DNA from: an uncultured Veillonellaceae bacterium
GTDB lineage: Bacteria > Bacillota > Negativicutes > UBA1444
NCBI GenBank assembly: GCA_964609115.1
Contig: CAZSRN010000001.1
Span: 1 to 43,725 of the forward strand
Direction: 5' to 3'
DNA length: 43,725 nt
Positions 1 to 9,963 of the stretch are shown here, piece by piece; the stretch's first letter is position 1, and each line of letters starts with the position of its first letter. The notes beneath the pieces were generated by a model. That model saw only the letters and a list, made by a program, of their open reading frames with translations. It ran no database searches and had not been told where the DNA came from. The position numbers and the translations under genes were made by a program.

Positions 1-142
1 CCACCAAGGCTTCGGCCAGCACATTGTCACTCTCAAATCGCAGCGCTACATGTGACCAGCGTGATCTAGTAATGGCGGTGACCAACGAATCCATCCAACT
101 GGTCCCGGTAACAAATATAAAGTCTACTCTTTTTACTGCCAT
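1..142 (-). CDS. Partial CDS (first 47 codons only; continues past window start), hypothetical protein
   Basis: A minus-strand ATG at 142 opens MAVKRVDFIFVTGTSWMDSLVTAITRSRWSHVALRFESDNVLAEALV with no stop up to position 1. It overlaps the stop of the upstream gene by 10 nt. No family recognised. Confidence 0.4.
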   Translation of the reverse strand, partial: MAVKRVDFIFVTGTSWMDSLVTAITRSRWSHVALRFESDNVLAEALV

Positions 143-1092
143 GGTTCCAGCGGAAATCGTCCCAATATCTTCTTGCAAAGTTCTAAACTTAGCGGAGAAT
201 CATCATGCTTCATGCCTTTTTTCAATCCCTGCAATGCACGCAGTCCCGGTTCGGTCGTCAATCCCAAATCTTCTGTCAGCTGACTCATCGTTTTGCGGCG
301 GATTTGTTTGAGAACACTATCTGCGTCGGCAGTGTCATCCGTTTTTTCCGCAATGCCCTGAAACATATAAAATTGCGCCAAATTCGTCATCGGATTACCG
401 CAAACTCCCGCTTGGGTAGCCCCCAAAACCTCCGGCAACGCATATTGCATGCTTTTTTCAACAGACCACGTAAGTTCCTCAGTTTCTTTTTGCATGGCGT
501 CCTGTAACGTTCTGGCCGTGCACAACCCGTAGGTCTTAAGCGATCTAATAATCGCATGTTCAACGGTATGAGCCGCCTCCAAACTTACCAGCCCTTTGAG
601 ATTTCCGGTCATGCTCACCGCAACATTCCGTTCAACATCCTGTCCGTACAGGGTAACCGGTATGTCGCCCAAACTGCGAAATTCCGTAAAGCCACCCTGC
701 GGTATCCACCCGGCGCCGGAAATAATCGGATAATCGCCGCGCATCATACGAAAGTTTTGTGGTTCCAATCCATCGGCCATGATAAAACCATGATCCGTAA
801 GTAATGTATCCCACCGAGCATGGGTAACTCCCTCAACCATCATCGATAAAAATGAAATCGGCTTGCTGCCAGGCACTTCAAACACTTGACGATGCAAATC
901 AATTACTTTTGCCACCACGCCGATTCGGTAAAGAACTCCGTCTGCAGGCACCAGCGGACAGACGAAAACATTCTCTCCACGTTCAAGTTTTGGCATCTGT
1001 CCCGTTTTTCCTTCGAGAAACCCTCCTATGGAGCGACCGCCGCCCGGACGGGGCAATATCCCATTGACCACAGGAATTAAGAAAGTTGGCAT
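133..1092 (-). CDS. Conserved hypothetical protein, 319 aa, contains an HTVEH (HxxEH) motif
   Basis: Long ORF co-directional with dusB, overlapping the dusB stop by 16 nt. No family recognised by eye. Confidence 0.6.
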   Translation of the reverse strand: MPTFLIPVVNGILPRPGGGRSIGGFLEGKTGQMPKLERGENVFVCPLVPADGVLYRIGVVAKVIDLHRQVFEVPGSKPISFLSMMVEGVTHARWDTLLTDHGFIMADGLEPQNFRMMRGDYPIISGAGWIPQGGFTEFRSLGDIPVTLYGQDVERNVAVSMTGNLKGLVSLEAAHTVEHAIIRSLKTYGLCTARTLQDAMQKETEELTWSVEKSMQYALPEVLGATQAGVCGNPMTNLAQFYMFQGIAEKTDDTADADSVLKQIRRKTMSQLTEDLGLTTEPGLRALQGLKKGMKHDDSPLSLELCKKILGRFPLEPWQ

Positions 1093-2060
1093 TCTCCGTT
1101 CCCTTCCATATACTCATCCAAAATGCGGGCAAAATCACACCGCCCAAGCGCTTGATTGAACCGGGTACGCAGTTCGGCTGATTTTGGAAATCCTTTCACA
1201 TAGGCCGCTGCATGACGGCGCATCTCATTGATTGCAATATGGTTTCCCTTCAACTCAATCAGCATATCCAAATGTCGCAGCAAGGTGGCAGCCCGTTCCG
1301 AAAAAGAAGGCGCCAAGGGTAGTGTTCCGTCTTGCATGAATTTTGCAACCTGCCGAAAAATCCATATGTTTCCGTACGCCGCCCGCCCAATCATTACTCC
1401 ATCGCAATTCGTTTCTTTCAACATCTGCTCTGCATCATGAGCGGTTCGAACATCACCATTGCCAATCACAGGAATTTTGACAGTCTGTTTGACTTGCCGG
1501 ATAATGTCCCAGTCGGCGTTGCCTCCGTAGAATTGCTCTCTTGTCCGTCCATGCACCGCAATGGCGCTAACCCCTGCTTGTTCTGCAATTTTTGCAATCT
1601 CGACCGCATTAATGGAATTCGCATCCCATCCAGCCCGAATTTTCACCGTTACCGGTATATCGACAGCATTCACCATTTTATTTAATATCGATGCTGCCAG
1701 ATCCGGAGAACGCAACAGGGCTGACCCTTCCCCATTTCTTACAATTTTATGAGTAGGACAGCCCATATTAAAATCAATAATATCCGCGCCGCTTTCCGCA
1801 ACCCTGCGGGCAGCTTCCGCCAATTCCGACGGAACTGAACCAAACAGTTGAATAGCCGTTGGTCGCTCTCTGGGGTCGATTCGAATCAGCTCTTTTGTTC
1901 GGCAATTTTCATACAACAGCCCTTTGGCGCTTACCATTTCCGAAACAACCAATCCGCAACCCATTTCTTTTGCCAGCAAACGAAAAGCTAAATCCGTCAC
2001 CCCAGCCATAGGCGCTAAAATTGTTGGAACATCCAGCCTCACCTTACCGATTGCGTTCAT
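1077..2060 (-). CDS. dusB: tRNA-dihydrouridine synthase
   Basis: Contains the Dus signature [13 protein letters not shown]...SEMVSAKGL...DFNMGCP...KIR and a TIM-barrel FMN enzyme pattern. I trimmed the start to the ATG at 2060 (MNAIGKVRL), which overlaps the coaX stop at 2044. Confidence 0.9.
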   Translation of the reverse strand: MNAIGKVRLDVPTILAPMAGVTDLAFRLLAKEMGCGLVVSEMVSAKGLLYENCRTKELIRIDPRERPTAIQLFGSVPSELAEAARRVAESGADIIDFNMGCPTHKIVRNGEGSALLRSPDLAASILNKMVNAVDIPVTVKIRAGWDANSINAVEIAKIAEQAGVSAIAVHGRTREQFYGGNADWDIIRQVKQTVKIPVIGNGDVRTAHDAEQMLKETNCDGVMIGRAAYGNIWIFRQVAKFMQDGTLPLAPSFSERAATLLRHLDMLIELKGNHIAINEMRRHAAAYVKGFPKSAELRTRFNQALGRCDFARILDEYMEGNGECQLS

Positions 2061-2808
2061 AGATGATACGGAGTCCCTCCAGTGTAATAAATGGCTCAAC
2101 CACATCAATTGTAGAAGATTCCTGCGCGATAAGATTCGCCAGTCCGCCAGTGGCAATGACTTTTGCTTCAGCTCCCAACTCCTGTTTCATACGCCGGACC
2201 ATCTCATCCACTTGGCCTACAAAGCCTATAATAATTCCTGCCTGCATGCTGGCAACCGTATTGCGGCAGATAACGGTTTTCGGCATCACCAATTCAATGC
2301 GAGGCAATTTTGCCGCCCTTTGAAATAATGCTTCCGTCGAGATTCCGATCCCCGGAGCAATCGCGCCGCCAAGATAATCTCCATTCTCTGCGACGGCGCA
2401 AAAGGTGGTGGCTGTCCCAAAATCAACCAGGATCAGCGGGCCGCCATACTTCTCATATCCGCCAATCGCATTGACAATGCGGTCAGCGCCAACTTCCCGG
2501 GGATTTTCATAGTGAATACGAACACCGGTCTTGATCCCAGGCCCCACAATAAGAGGCTCTCCGCCAAAATATCGAACGCACATTCTTTGTAACGGCACAA
2601 TAAGAGGCGGAACCACTGATGAAATAATCACTGCATTAATTTGCTTCATATCCACTTTCATGTGCTGAAACAAATTGTAGATCTGGATTCCATATTCATC
2701 GGAAGTCCGCTGGCGGTCCGTTGAAATCCTCCAGTGGCAAAGCAGTTCTTTTTCGCGGTATATCCCCAGCACAATATTTGTATTACCGACGTCTATTACA
2801 AATAGCAT
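2044..2808 (-). CDS. coaX: Type III pantothenate kinase
   Basis: N-terminus [17 protein letters not shown] plus DFGTATT and ATGGLA motifs, typical of CoaX (ASKHA fold). Confidence 0.92.
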   Translation of the reverse strand: MLFVIDVGNTNIVLGIYREKELLCHWRISTDRQRTSDEYGIQIYNLFQHMKVDMKQINAVIISSVVPPLIVPLQRMCVRYFGGEPLIVGPGIKTGVRIHYENPREVGADRIVNAIGGYEKYGGPLILVDFGTATTFCAVAENGDYLGGAIAPGIGISTEALFQRAAKLPRIELVMPKTVICRNTVASMQAGIIIGFVGQVDEMVRRMKQELGAEAKVIATGGLANLIAQESSTIDVVEPFITLEGLRIIYERNR

Positions 2809-2877
2809 GTTAGCTCCACCTTCATCCCTTCATGTATAAATCCGCGAATCACCTATCGATGATACTGGGTTTATTTT

Positions 2878-3861
2878 TCAGCCTTCTGTTATCGGACGAA
2901 TCGAAACATCACCAGCGACCACGCGTTCTATTCCATGTTCTGTCTCGACTAGCAACGCTCCATCTTCATCAATATCGACAGCTTTGCCAGTAAATGACTT
3001 ATCCGGCGCCAGCACGTTAACCCTATGTCCGAGCGTGATCGAATCCTGACGCCAATCATCAAGAATTGTCGCCAATCCCTCAGCCTTCACACGCAGATAT
3101 ATTTCTTCCAGTCTCTCCAAAATTTTAATGAATAAATCGAGCCGGGAAAATTCGGTACCGGCTTCAATGGAAATCGAAGTAGCAATATCCTGTAATTCTG
3201 GAGGAATCTCCGTCACGTCGATATTCACATTAATCCCCATACCTATCACAATATGGTTGATCGCATCCATTTCAGCGCTCATTTCCGTCAGTATCCCAAC
3301 GAGTTTCCGTCCATTGCACAGGATATCATTGGGCCATTTTATGCCGCAAGGAATTCCTGTAACATCGCGAATGGCGCGATTCAGCGCCACGGCAGCCATC
3401 AACGTGCATTTGGGAGCTTCCTGAGGCGGGAAAGGTGGACGAAGAACCACCGAAAACCAAATTCCCTTTGCCGCAGGAGAAAACCATCCGCGCGACAACC
3501 GCCCCCGTCCTCCCTGTTGGGTTTCTGTAATAATCAGAGTCCCTTCTGCGCAACCGGCAATCGCTCTTTTTTTCCCTTCATCATTTGTTGAATCGAGGCT
3601 GGAAAAATAGTAAATTTCATTGCCGAGAATTTTCGTCGTCAAACGGGGGCAAACTTCTTCTGGTCGCAATAAATCAGGCAAGCACCTCAGACGATGTCCC
3701 TGACTTACAGTAGATTCAATATCATAGCCTTCTTCCCGCAATTTCTGGATCTGCTTGCTGACAGCAGTCCTTGAAATAGCAAGCTGTCTGCCGAGTTCTT
3801 CGCCAGACACGAATTGTCCGATGTGGCTGCGAAGCATTGCCAAAATAGCGTTGCGAGTCAT
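2878..3861 (-). CDS. birA: Bifunctional biotin-[acetyl-CoA-carboxylase] ligase / biotin operon repressor
   Basis: N-terminal winged HTH (GEELGRQLAISRTAVSKQIQKLREEGY) followed by the ligase core GRGRLSRGW and KWPND. Confidence 0.92.
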   Translation of the reverse strand: MTRNAILAMLRSHIGQFVSGEELGRQLAISRTAVSKQIQKLREEGYDIESTVSQGHRLRCLPDLLRPEEVCPRLTTKILGNEIYYFSSLDSTNDEGKKRAIAGCAEGTLIITETQQGGRGRLSRGWFSPAAKGIWFSVVLRPPFPPQEAPKCTLMAAVALNRAIRDVTGIPCGIKWPNDILCNGRKLVGILTEMSAEMDAINHIVIGMGINVNIDVTEIPPELQDIATSISIEAGTEFSRLDLFIKILERLEEIYLRVKAEGLATILDDWRQDSITLGHRVNVLAPDKSFTGKAVDIDEDGALLVETEHGIERVVAGDVSIRPITEG

Positions 3862-3897
3862 AGCTTTCTCTCCCCGTACATTAGATTACTGTGCTAG

Positions 3898-4284
3898 TTA
3901 CTTCTTGATTTCTCCGTGTTTTTCCTCGTTTTTCAGCTCAGTAATTTGATTCGCATCATTGAGAAAAGCTACAGTAGGCTTCCAGTCTTTTGCCTCACGA
4001 TCATCCATTACTGCATAAGTTATGATGATCACTTTATCGCCCGGTTGAACCAATCGGGCGGCGGCGCCATTGAGACAGATAATTCCAGAACCACGCGGGC
4101 CGGGAATCGCATAAGTTTCCAAACGTTCTCCATTGTTGATGTCAACTACTTGAACTTTTTCATTGATCAGAATATCCGCAGCGTCCATAAGATTCTCATC
4201 GATCGTAATGCTACCGACATAATCCAGACAGGCTTGCGTCACCGTTGCCCGATGTATTTTGGATTTGAATAACGTTCGCAACAT
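3898..4284 (-). CDS. panD: Aspartate 1-decarboxylase
   Basis: [29 protein letters not shown] contains the self-processing G-S site. Start set at the ATG at 4284, behind a GGGAGGGGA RBS. Confidence 0.93.
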   Translation of the reverse strand: MLRTLFKSKIHRATVTQACLDYVGSITIDENLMDAADILINEKVQVVDINNGERLETYAIPGPRGSGIICLNGAAARLVQPGDKVIIITYAVMDDREAKDWKPTVAFLNDANQITELKNEEKHGEIKK

Positions 4285-4285
4285 A

Positions 4286-5143
4286 CTACTTCCCCTCCCA
4301 GAGCAAATTATCAATCAATCGGGTATTGCCAAACCGGACAGCCAACGCAATCAAAGCGGTGCCGGAAATTCGTTCCACCGGTTCAAGATTCAACGAATCT
4401 ACAATCGCAATATAATCAATGACGGCCAAAGGTTCCTGTTCAATCTGTTCTCGTATAGCCGATAAAATCACTTTTGAATCAACTTTCCCCTCCGTCAGCA
4501 ACTGCCTGGCATTGTCCAGTGATCTCGACAATACAACCGAAGCTTTTCGTTCAGCCGTCGTCAAAAATTGATTGCGGGAAGACAATGCCAATCCATCCTC
4601 TTCTCGCACGATTGGAACGGCGACAATCTTCACATTCATATTCAGATCTTCTACCATACGACGAATTACGACTACCTGCTGGGCATCCTTCTGTCCAAAA
4701 TAAGCAACATCAGCTTCGGTGATATTGAAAAGCTTAGTAACAACAGTGGCAACTCCACGGAAATGTCCCGGTCGCGACGCACCGCACAAGGTTGTCGTGA
4801 TCTTTTCAACATCTACAAACGTTAATGTCTTTCCATTTCCGGCCGGATACATTTCATCAACGAATGGAGCAAACAAGATATCGATTCCCGTCGTTTCAGC
4901 CATTTTTCGGTCCCGTTCCAAATCGCGCGGGTATACGGAGTAATCTTCCTTCGGTCCGAACTGCAATGGATTCACAAACAACGTTGCAATCACAAAGCTC
5001 TGTTCTTGCCGTGCGCGGCGCATGAGTGTCAAGTGTCCCTCATGCAGGTACCCCATTGTCGGTACCACGCCAATTGTTTTACCGGCGACACGAGCCTCTC
5101 GAATTTTTTCCTTCAATTCTCCAATGTGGGAAACTACCTGCAT
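4286..5143 (-). CDS. panC: Pantoate--beta-alanine ligase
   Basis: [15 protein letters not shown] (HIGH-like motif), FVNPLQF and YFGQKDAQQ are typical of PanC. Confidence 0.95.
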   Translation of the reverse strand: MQVVSHIGELKEKIREARVAGKTIGVVPTMGYLHEGHLTLMRRARQEQSFVIATLFVNPLQFGPKEDYSVYPRDLERDRKMAETTGIDILFAPFVDEMYPAGNGKTLTFVDVEKITTTLCGASRPGHFRGVATVVTKLFNITEADVAYFGQKDAQQVVVIRRMVEDLNMNVKIVAVPIVREEDGLALSSRNQFLTTAERKASVVLSRSLDNARQLLTEGKVDSKVILSAIREQIEQEPLAVIDYIAIVDSLNLEPVERISGTALIALAVRFGNTRLIDNLLWEGK

Positions 5144-5172
5144 GGAGTAACACCCCTTCTTTTCTTAGCCGG

Positions 5173-5210
5173 AACAAAACAATGCGCCTTCCCACAAGCA
5201 GGAAGGCGCA
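5173..5210 (-). terminator. Intrinsic terminator-like hairpin about 30 nt upstream of the panC start
   Basis: The minus strand reads UGCGCCUUCC-ugcuugug-GGAAGGCGCA followed by UUGUUUUGUU. Confidence 0.6.
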
Positions 5211-5227
5211 TATCAACCATCAAACAT

Positions 5228-5382
5228 TTGCGTCCCCCGTCTCGGTCGCTCAGGATCCAAGCGGTTTTGGGAAGTCCCTATTGGTTTGTCCAGACCCTTT
5301 TCGTGCAGCTCACAGCGGATGCCGCCATAGTTCGCCACAATAGTAGCATTTTACCGAAATCGAGTCAATACAGGGACGCAAG
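5228..5382 (-). ncRNA. Candidate structured RNA element (cis-regulatory leader of panCD, or a processed sRNA) between the thioesterase gene and panC
   Basis: An ORF-free 155-nt segment. Its ends form a long helix: minus-strand UUGCGUCCCUGU (5370-5382) pairs with ACGGGGGACGCAA (5228-5240), extended by CUCG/CGAG and GGU/ACC. Internal hairpins are also present. The class is not identified. Confidence 0.35.
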
Positions 5383-5387
5383 TTTTG

Positions 5388-5792
5388 TTAATTATTTTTT
5401 TGTTTTTCTGCAGTTTTTGCCAAAAATGCCGCCATGTTTCCGACAATATACCGTTCATGACGGCCCTTACCTACGATTTCCTTCGTGTCAGATGCCACAA
5501 TGTCGAAAATCAATTTCTTCCCGGCGATTTCGACAAGTTCAGCCTGCGCAGTCACAACCATTCCAACAGGAGTAGCCGCCAAATGGCTCATCTCCATTTT
5601 TGTACCTACACTGCCTTCACCTGGCATCAACGTGGAGCGGATGGCGTCAATCGCAGCCTGTTCCATCAGGGCCACCAACATGGGCGTTGCGTAAACCTTC
5701 GCGCCAACATTTCCAAAAGCCTCCGCCGTATTTAACTCTGAAACCAGTGTCGTTGCCTCGCCAGTCAGTCCCGGCTTCAAGCCTTCAGGCAT
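5388..5792 (-). CDS. Hotdog-fold thioesterase family protein
   Basis: The pattern [33 protein letters not shown] matches small thioesterase-superfamily proteins. Start set at the ATG at 5792, which overlaps the ftsH stop by 8 nt. Confidence 0.7.
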   Translation of the reverse strand: MPEGLKPGLTGEATTLVSELNTAEAFGNVGAKVYATPMLVALMEQAAIDAIRSTLMPGEGSVGTKMEMSHLAATPVGMVVTAQAELVEIAGKKLIFDIVASDTKEIVGKGRHERYIVGNMAAFLAKTAEKQKNN

Positions 5793-7710
5793 TTCCGCCA
5801 CTTGTCTCAGGTACGTTATAAACAACTTTTGAGCTTACTTCCGCATCCGGAGGAATCGCAATGCCCGCCGGTTCACTCACCGATTCGGACGGTTCTTCGT
5901 CCACCGGTTTCTCACTGATCCGTCCTTCGTTCATCAGTTGCTCCAACTCAGAAGCCTCAAGCGTTTCCTTCTCAATCAAGGCCGTCGCAATCAAGTGCAG
6001 TTTATCCATGTGTTCCTTGAGCATCGCTTCGGTCTTTTCGTAAGCATCTTCGATTAACCGTCGAACTTCCTTGTCAATCGAGTATGCAACTTCTTCGCTA
6101 TAATTACGGTCTCGGGCAATATCACGGCCAAGGAAAACCTGAGCATCCTGCCGCCGTCCAAAAGTAATCGGCCCCAGCACTTCGCTCATGCCAAACTCGC
6201 AAATCATCTTGCGAGTCAATTCCGTCGCACGCTCCAAATCGTTTTGCGCTCCAGTCGAAATTTCTTCCAAAACCAATGACTCGGCGACGCGCCCGCCCAG
6301 CAGCGTACGCAGCTGATCCTTCAATTCGGAACGGGTTGCATAGTTACGTTCCTCTTTGGGCAACATTAACGTATACCCGCCGGCCCTGCCCCGTGGAATA
6401 ATGGATACTTTATGAACAGGGTCAGCATTCGGCATCAGCATGCCGATCAACGCATGTCCCGCTTCATGATACGCGGTAAGTTTCTTGTCTTTTTCGCTAA
6501 TAACTTTACTCTTGCGTTCCGGCCCCGCTACGACCCGCTCAATTGATTCTTCAAGCTCATTCATCCCAATGCGCTTTTTGTTGCGCCGCGCGGATAGCAA
6601 AGCAGCTTCATTGACCAAATTGCTAAGATCCGCTCCCGTAAAGCCAGGGGTACGGCGTGCCAGCACTTCCAGATCGGCTTCCTTATCGACCGGTTTTCCT
6701 TTTGTATGAACTTTGAGAATATCCTGGCGTCCTTTGACGTCCGGCTTATCGACAACAATATGTCGATCGAATCGCCCCGGTCTCAGCAAGGCAGGATCCA
6801 AAATATCCGGTCGGTTGGTCGCGGCAATAATGATAATGCCTTCATTGACCCCAAAACCATCCATTTCCACCAACAATTGATTTAAGGTCTGTTCCCGTTC
6901 ATCATGTCCGCCGCCTAACCCGGCGCCACGTTGACGCCCTACCGCATCGATCTCGTCAATAAAAACAATGCAAGGAGCATTTTTCTTAGCTTGTTCAAAC
7001 AAATCGCGGACACGGGATGCCCCTACGCCCACAAACATTTCCACAAAATCAGAACCACTAATAGAGAAAAAAGGAACCCCGGCTTCCCCGGCCACAGCTC
7101 GCGCCAATAAAGTTTTGCCTGTACCGGGAGGTCCAAATAGCAAAACACCTTTAGGAATACGCGCACCCAAGTCATTGAACTTTTTGGGATGTTTCAGAAA
7201 CTCGACAACTTCTTCCAGTTCTTCTTTTGCTTCCACAGCGCCCGCCACATCGGCAAAAGTAACTTTGATCTTTTCCTCGTTATGCAGCTTGGCGCGACTT
7301 TTACCAAAAGACATAACTTTACTGCCGCCGCCTTGAGTCTGTTGCATAATAAAAAACCAGACCCCAATCAGCAACAGCATCGGCAATAAAGAAGAAAACA
7401 ACGTCGTCCACCAAGGCGGTTGGGGCGGCTGTTCAGCTTTAATATCAATCTTCTTTTCCCGCAGTGTGTTGATCAGCGTAGGATCATTCGGCGTAACCAG
7501 CGTAAATTCCTGGCCGTCCTTTAGCTTGCCACGGATAGTATTATCGACAATCGTAACCCGTTCAACCTTCTGATCCTCAACTTGCTTTAAAAAAGCAGAA
7601 TATGAAACTTCAGTTTTGGTTGTCGTTTTCGAAGAATAATAGTCGATAATGGAAATTGCGATAATGATAATCAGCAGGTAAAAACCCACATTTCGAAAAA
7701 ACTTGTTCAA
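5785..7710 (-). CDS. ftsH: ATP-dependent zinc metalloprotease FtsH
   Basis: Walker [12 protein letters not shown], Walker [32 protein letters not shown] and zinc site HEAGHAL. Confidence 0.97.
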   Translation of the reverse strand: MNKFFRNVGFYLLIIIIAISIIDYYSSKTTTKTEVSYSAFLKQVEDQKVERVTIVDNTIRGKLKDGQEFTLVTPNDPTLINTLREKKIDIKAEQPPQPPWWTTLFSSLLPMLLLIGVWFFIMQQTQGGGSKVMSFGKSRAKLHNEEKIKVTFADVAGAVEAKEELEEVVEFLKHPKKFNDLGARIPKGVLLFGPPGTGKTLLARAVAGEAGVPFFSISGSDFVEMFVGVGASRVRDLFEQAKKNAPCIVFIDEIDAVGRQRGAGLGGGHDEREQTLNQLLVEMDGFGVNEGIIIIAATNRPDILDPALLRPGRFDRHIVVDKPDVKGRQDILKVHTKGKPVDKEADLEVLARRTPGFTGADLSNLVNEAALLSARRNKKRIGMNELEESIERVVAGPERKSKVISEKDKKLTAYHEAGHALIGMLMPNADPVHKVSIIPRGRAGGYTLMLPKEERNYATRSELKDQLRTLLGGRVAESLVLEEISTGAQNDLERATELTRKMICEFGMSEVLGPITFGRRQDAQVFLGRDIARDRNYSEEVAYSIDKEVRRLIEDAYEKTEAMLKEHMDKLHLIATALIEKETLEASELEQLMNEGRISEKPVDEEPSESVSEPAGIAIPPDAEVSSKVVYNVPETSGGNA

Positions 7711-7819
7711 TCGGGCCTCCTATTGCCAGCACGATTTGGCTGTCATTGATATGATTCGTAGGTGATAATTATATCATAAAATAAATCAGCAGAAAAGAGT
7801 TATTATCCTCGCCTCAATC

Positions 7820-8365
7820 TCACTTCTTTTCATAAATTTCAGGTTTTAAGACTCCAATGAAAGGAAGGTTACGATATTTCCCAGCATAATCCAGTCCATA
7901 TCCCACAACAAAATAGTCTGGAATGATAAAGCCGTTGTAATCAACCTGTACATCTACCTTACGCCTGTCCGGTTTGCTAAGTAGCGTACAGATTCTTACG
8001 CTTGCCGGTTTACGGGATTTTAGATTCTCGACCAGATAATTCAAAGTCAGCCCGGAATCGATGATATCCTCGACAATCAGGAGATGCCGACCCTGTACCA
8101 CCTCATCAAGGTCTTTCATAATGCGAACCACTCCACTGGAACTTGTAGACGTTCCATAGCTGCTGGTTGCCATAAAGTCAATATCAATCGGTCTTTTGAT
8201 CGCTCTGACCAAGTCAGCCATAAAAACAACCGCGCCCCGAAGTACGCCAATCATCAAAATATCCTGCCCCGCATAATCATTGGTGATTTGTTGCCCGAGT
8301 TCACGAACGCGCGCTCCAATTTCTTCCGATGTAAAAAGAATTCGTTCTACATCATTCATCATCAT
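7820..8365 (-). CDS. hpt: Hypoxanthine phosphoribosyltransferase
   Basis: PRPP-binding motif LLIVEDIIDSGLT. Start trimmed to the ATG at 8365, behind a GGGGGA RBS. Confidence 0.93.
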   Translation of the reverse strand: MMMNDVERILFTSEEIGARVRELGQQITNDYAGQDILMIGVLRGAVVFMADLVRAIKRPIDIDFMATSSYGTSTSSSGVVRIMKDLDEVVQGRHLLIVEDIIDSGLTLNYLVENLKSRKPASVRICTLLSKPDRRKVDVQVDYNGFIIPDYFVVGYGLDYAGKYRNLPFIGVLKPEIYEKK

Positions 8366-8378
8366 CTGTTTCCCCCTG

Positions 8379-9803
8379 TCAATGAGTAGTATCGGTGTCA
8401 ACAATTTCTATCACTATATAATCCCGGGTAGTCGCCGACAGTCGAGCCCTTTCAGATCGACGATATCCCGCAACCCATAAAATACCGGCGCTATCACACA
8501 CAATGGGCACCATTTCACGTTGTTCAGCCGGAATCTTAAGATCAATAAGCACTTTTTTCAGTTTACTGGATCCGGAAGCACCCAATAGATGGAGCCTGTC
8601 GCCCGGAAGTCTCCGTCGTACCGTCAACGGCAAACTTAGCGCCTCGCGATCAAAAGCAACTCGAGTAGGACCAAGACGTTCGGAAAAAGGGAGCGGGTCT
8701 GCGCAGACTTTGCATCGCAATACAACCCCAAACTCCGTCAACCTTGTTTCGCCCGGGCAAGAGAGCGTTATACCCTGTGCATTGTTGCCCCGAAATTTCT
8801 TGTCCACCGATTGGGACCCGCTCCGTGTCCATTCCACAAATAAATCTTGATACGATTTGCGGGCCTGACATTTTCCCGGCAAATCAATTCTGCGAGAGCC
8901 CTCTGCCTGCAAAAACAGCGTTCTGACCTGTTCCACGTGGGTAAAAGAAATACCGAAGGCTTCCCCCCGCAATTTCTCCAGCAAATTCAGTATGAGCGTC
9001 CTCTGTACAGCAACATGCAACTGTGAGAATACTCCTAAATTCAAATGATATCCGTTTTTCCCGCAAACAGCCCATTCCGGCAGATGTCTTTCCACATGGC
9101 TTCGTAAAAAGTCTTGCTCCTCTGCCAAAATATTGGCCGTCCGGCATAATGTATCCGTCACAGCCCCACTAAACCTACGTTTCAAAAAAGGAAGCAATTC
9201 GTGACGCACCCTGTTGCGCCGAAATTCAACATCGCTGTTGGAGTCATCCTGCCGGGGTTGCAACCTTTGCTCCCGGCAATAGGTTTCAATCTCAGCGTGC
9301 GTCAGACAAAGGAAAGGATGGATAATATGATCTCTCTGCGGACGCATCGCGCCTAAGCCACGTCCCCCGCTGCCACGAACAAGATTCAGCAGCACCGTCT
9401 CCGCCTGATCATCCCGGTGATGCCCTGTCGCAACCAACGCCCCTCCGACTTCTTCCGCAATGCGAAAAAGAAAATTGTAACGCAGTCGACGGGCAACCTC
9501 TTCAATAGAACCCCCGCAAAACAATGCTTCAGTTCTCACATCCGCATCGCCGCAAAAAAAAGGTAATCCCCGCTCAGTGCAAAAATGGCGCACGAACGCT
9601 GCATCCTGTGTGGAAGCTTCGCCTCGAAGGCCATGATCAAAATGAGCAACAAACAAAGAAAAATGCAACTCATGCCGCAACTCATCAAGCATAGCTACAA
9701 GCGCCAACGAATCAGGTCCTCCGGAGCATGCAGCCACAATATTACCGTCCTGCGGCAGAAGCGCATATCGTTCCACCCAGGCGCGAACCTTTGCCCGAAT
9801 CAT
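8379..9803 (-). CDS. tilS: tRNA(Ile)-lysidine synthetase
   Basis: PP-loop SGGPDSLAL near the N-terminus. The tilS-hpt-ftsH order is the classic Firmicute arrangement. Confidence 0.9.
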   Translation of the reverse strand: MIRAKVRAWVERYALLPQDGNIVAACSGGPDSLALVAMLDELRHELHFSLFVAHFDHGLRGEASTQDAAFVRHFCTERGLPFFCGDADVRTEALFCGGSIEEVARRLRYNFLFRIAEEVGGALVATGHHRDDQAETVLLNLVRGSGGRGLGAMRPQRDHIIHPFLCLTHAEIETYCREQRLQPRQDDSNSDVEFRRNRVRHELLPFLKRRFSGAVTDTLCRTANILAEEQDFLRSHVERHLPEWAVCGKNGYHLNLGVFSQLHVAVQRTLILNLLEKLRGEAFGISFTHVEQVRTLFLQAEGSRRIDLPGKCQARKSYQDLFVEWTRSGSQSVDKKFRGNNAQGITLSCPGETRLTEFGVVLRCKVCADPLPFSERLGPTRVAFDREALSLPLTVRRRLPGDRLHLLGASGSSKLKKVLIDLKIPAEQREMVPIVCDSAGILWVAGYRRSERARLSATTRDYIVIEIVDTDTTH

Positions 9804-9873
9804 GCTGTTCTTTCCTCACACCTAGCGTTTTCGCCGTCATCCGGCTTTTCCCTGTGTTTTTTTGCGGGCTTCG

Positions 9874-9897
9874 CAAAAAAATGGAGCCGAAGGCTCA
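9874..9897 (-). terminator. Intrinsic terminator after the 431-aa gene
   Basis: The minus strand reads GAGCC-UUC-GGCUC followed by CAUUUUUUUG. Confidence 0.5.
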
Positions 9898-9963
9898 TGC
9901 TCATTCATAATATATTCAAATTCATCTTGACGCAAGTAGTATGAAAATATTTTTTCTCAGTGA

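Noticed and set aside
5006-5575. 189-aa plus-strand ORF spanning the panC-thioesterase gap
   Set aside because: It has no RBS and a low-complexity composition. It lies antisense to the panC 5' end and the thioesterase gene, so it is a shadow ORF of a GC-balanced region.
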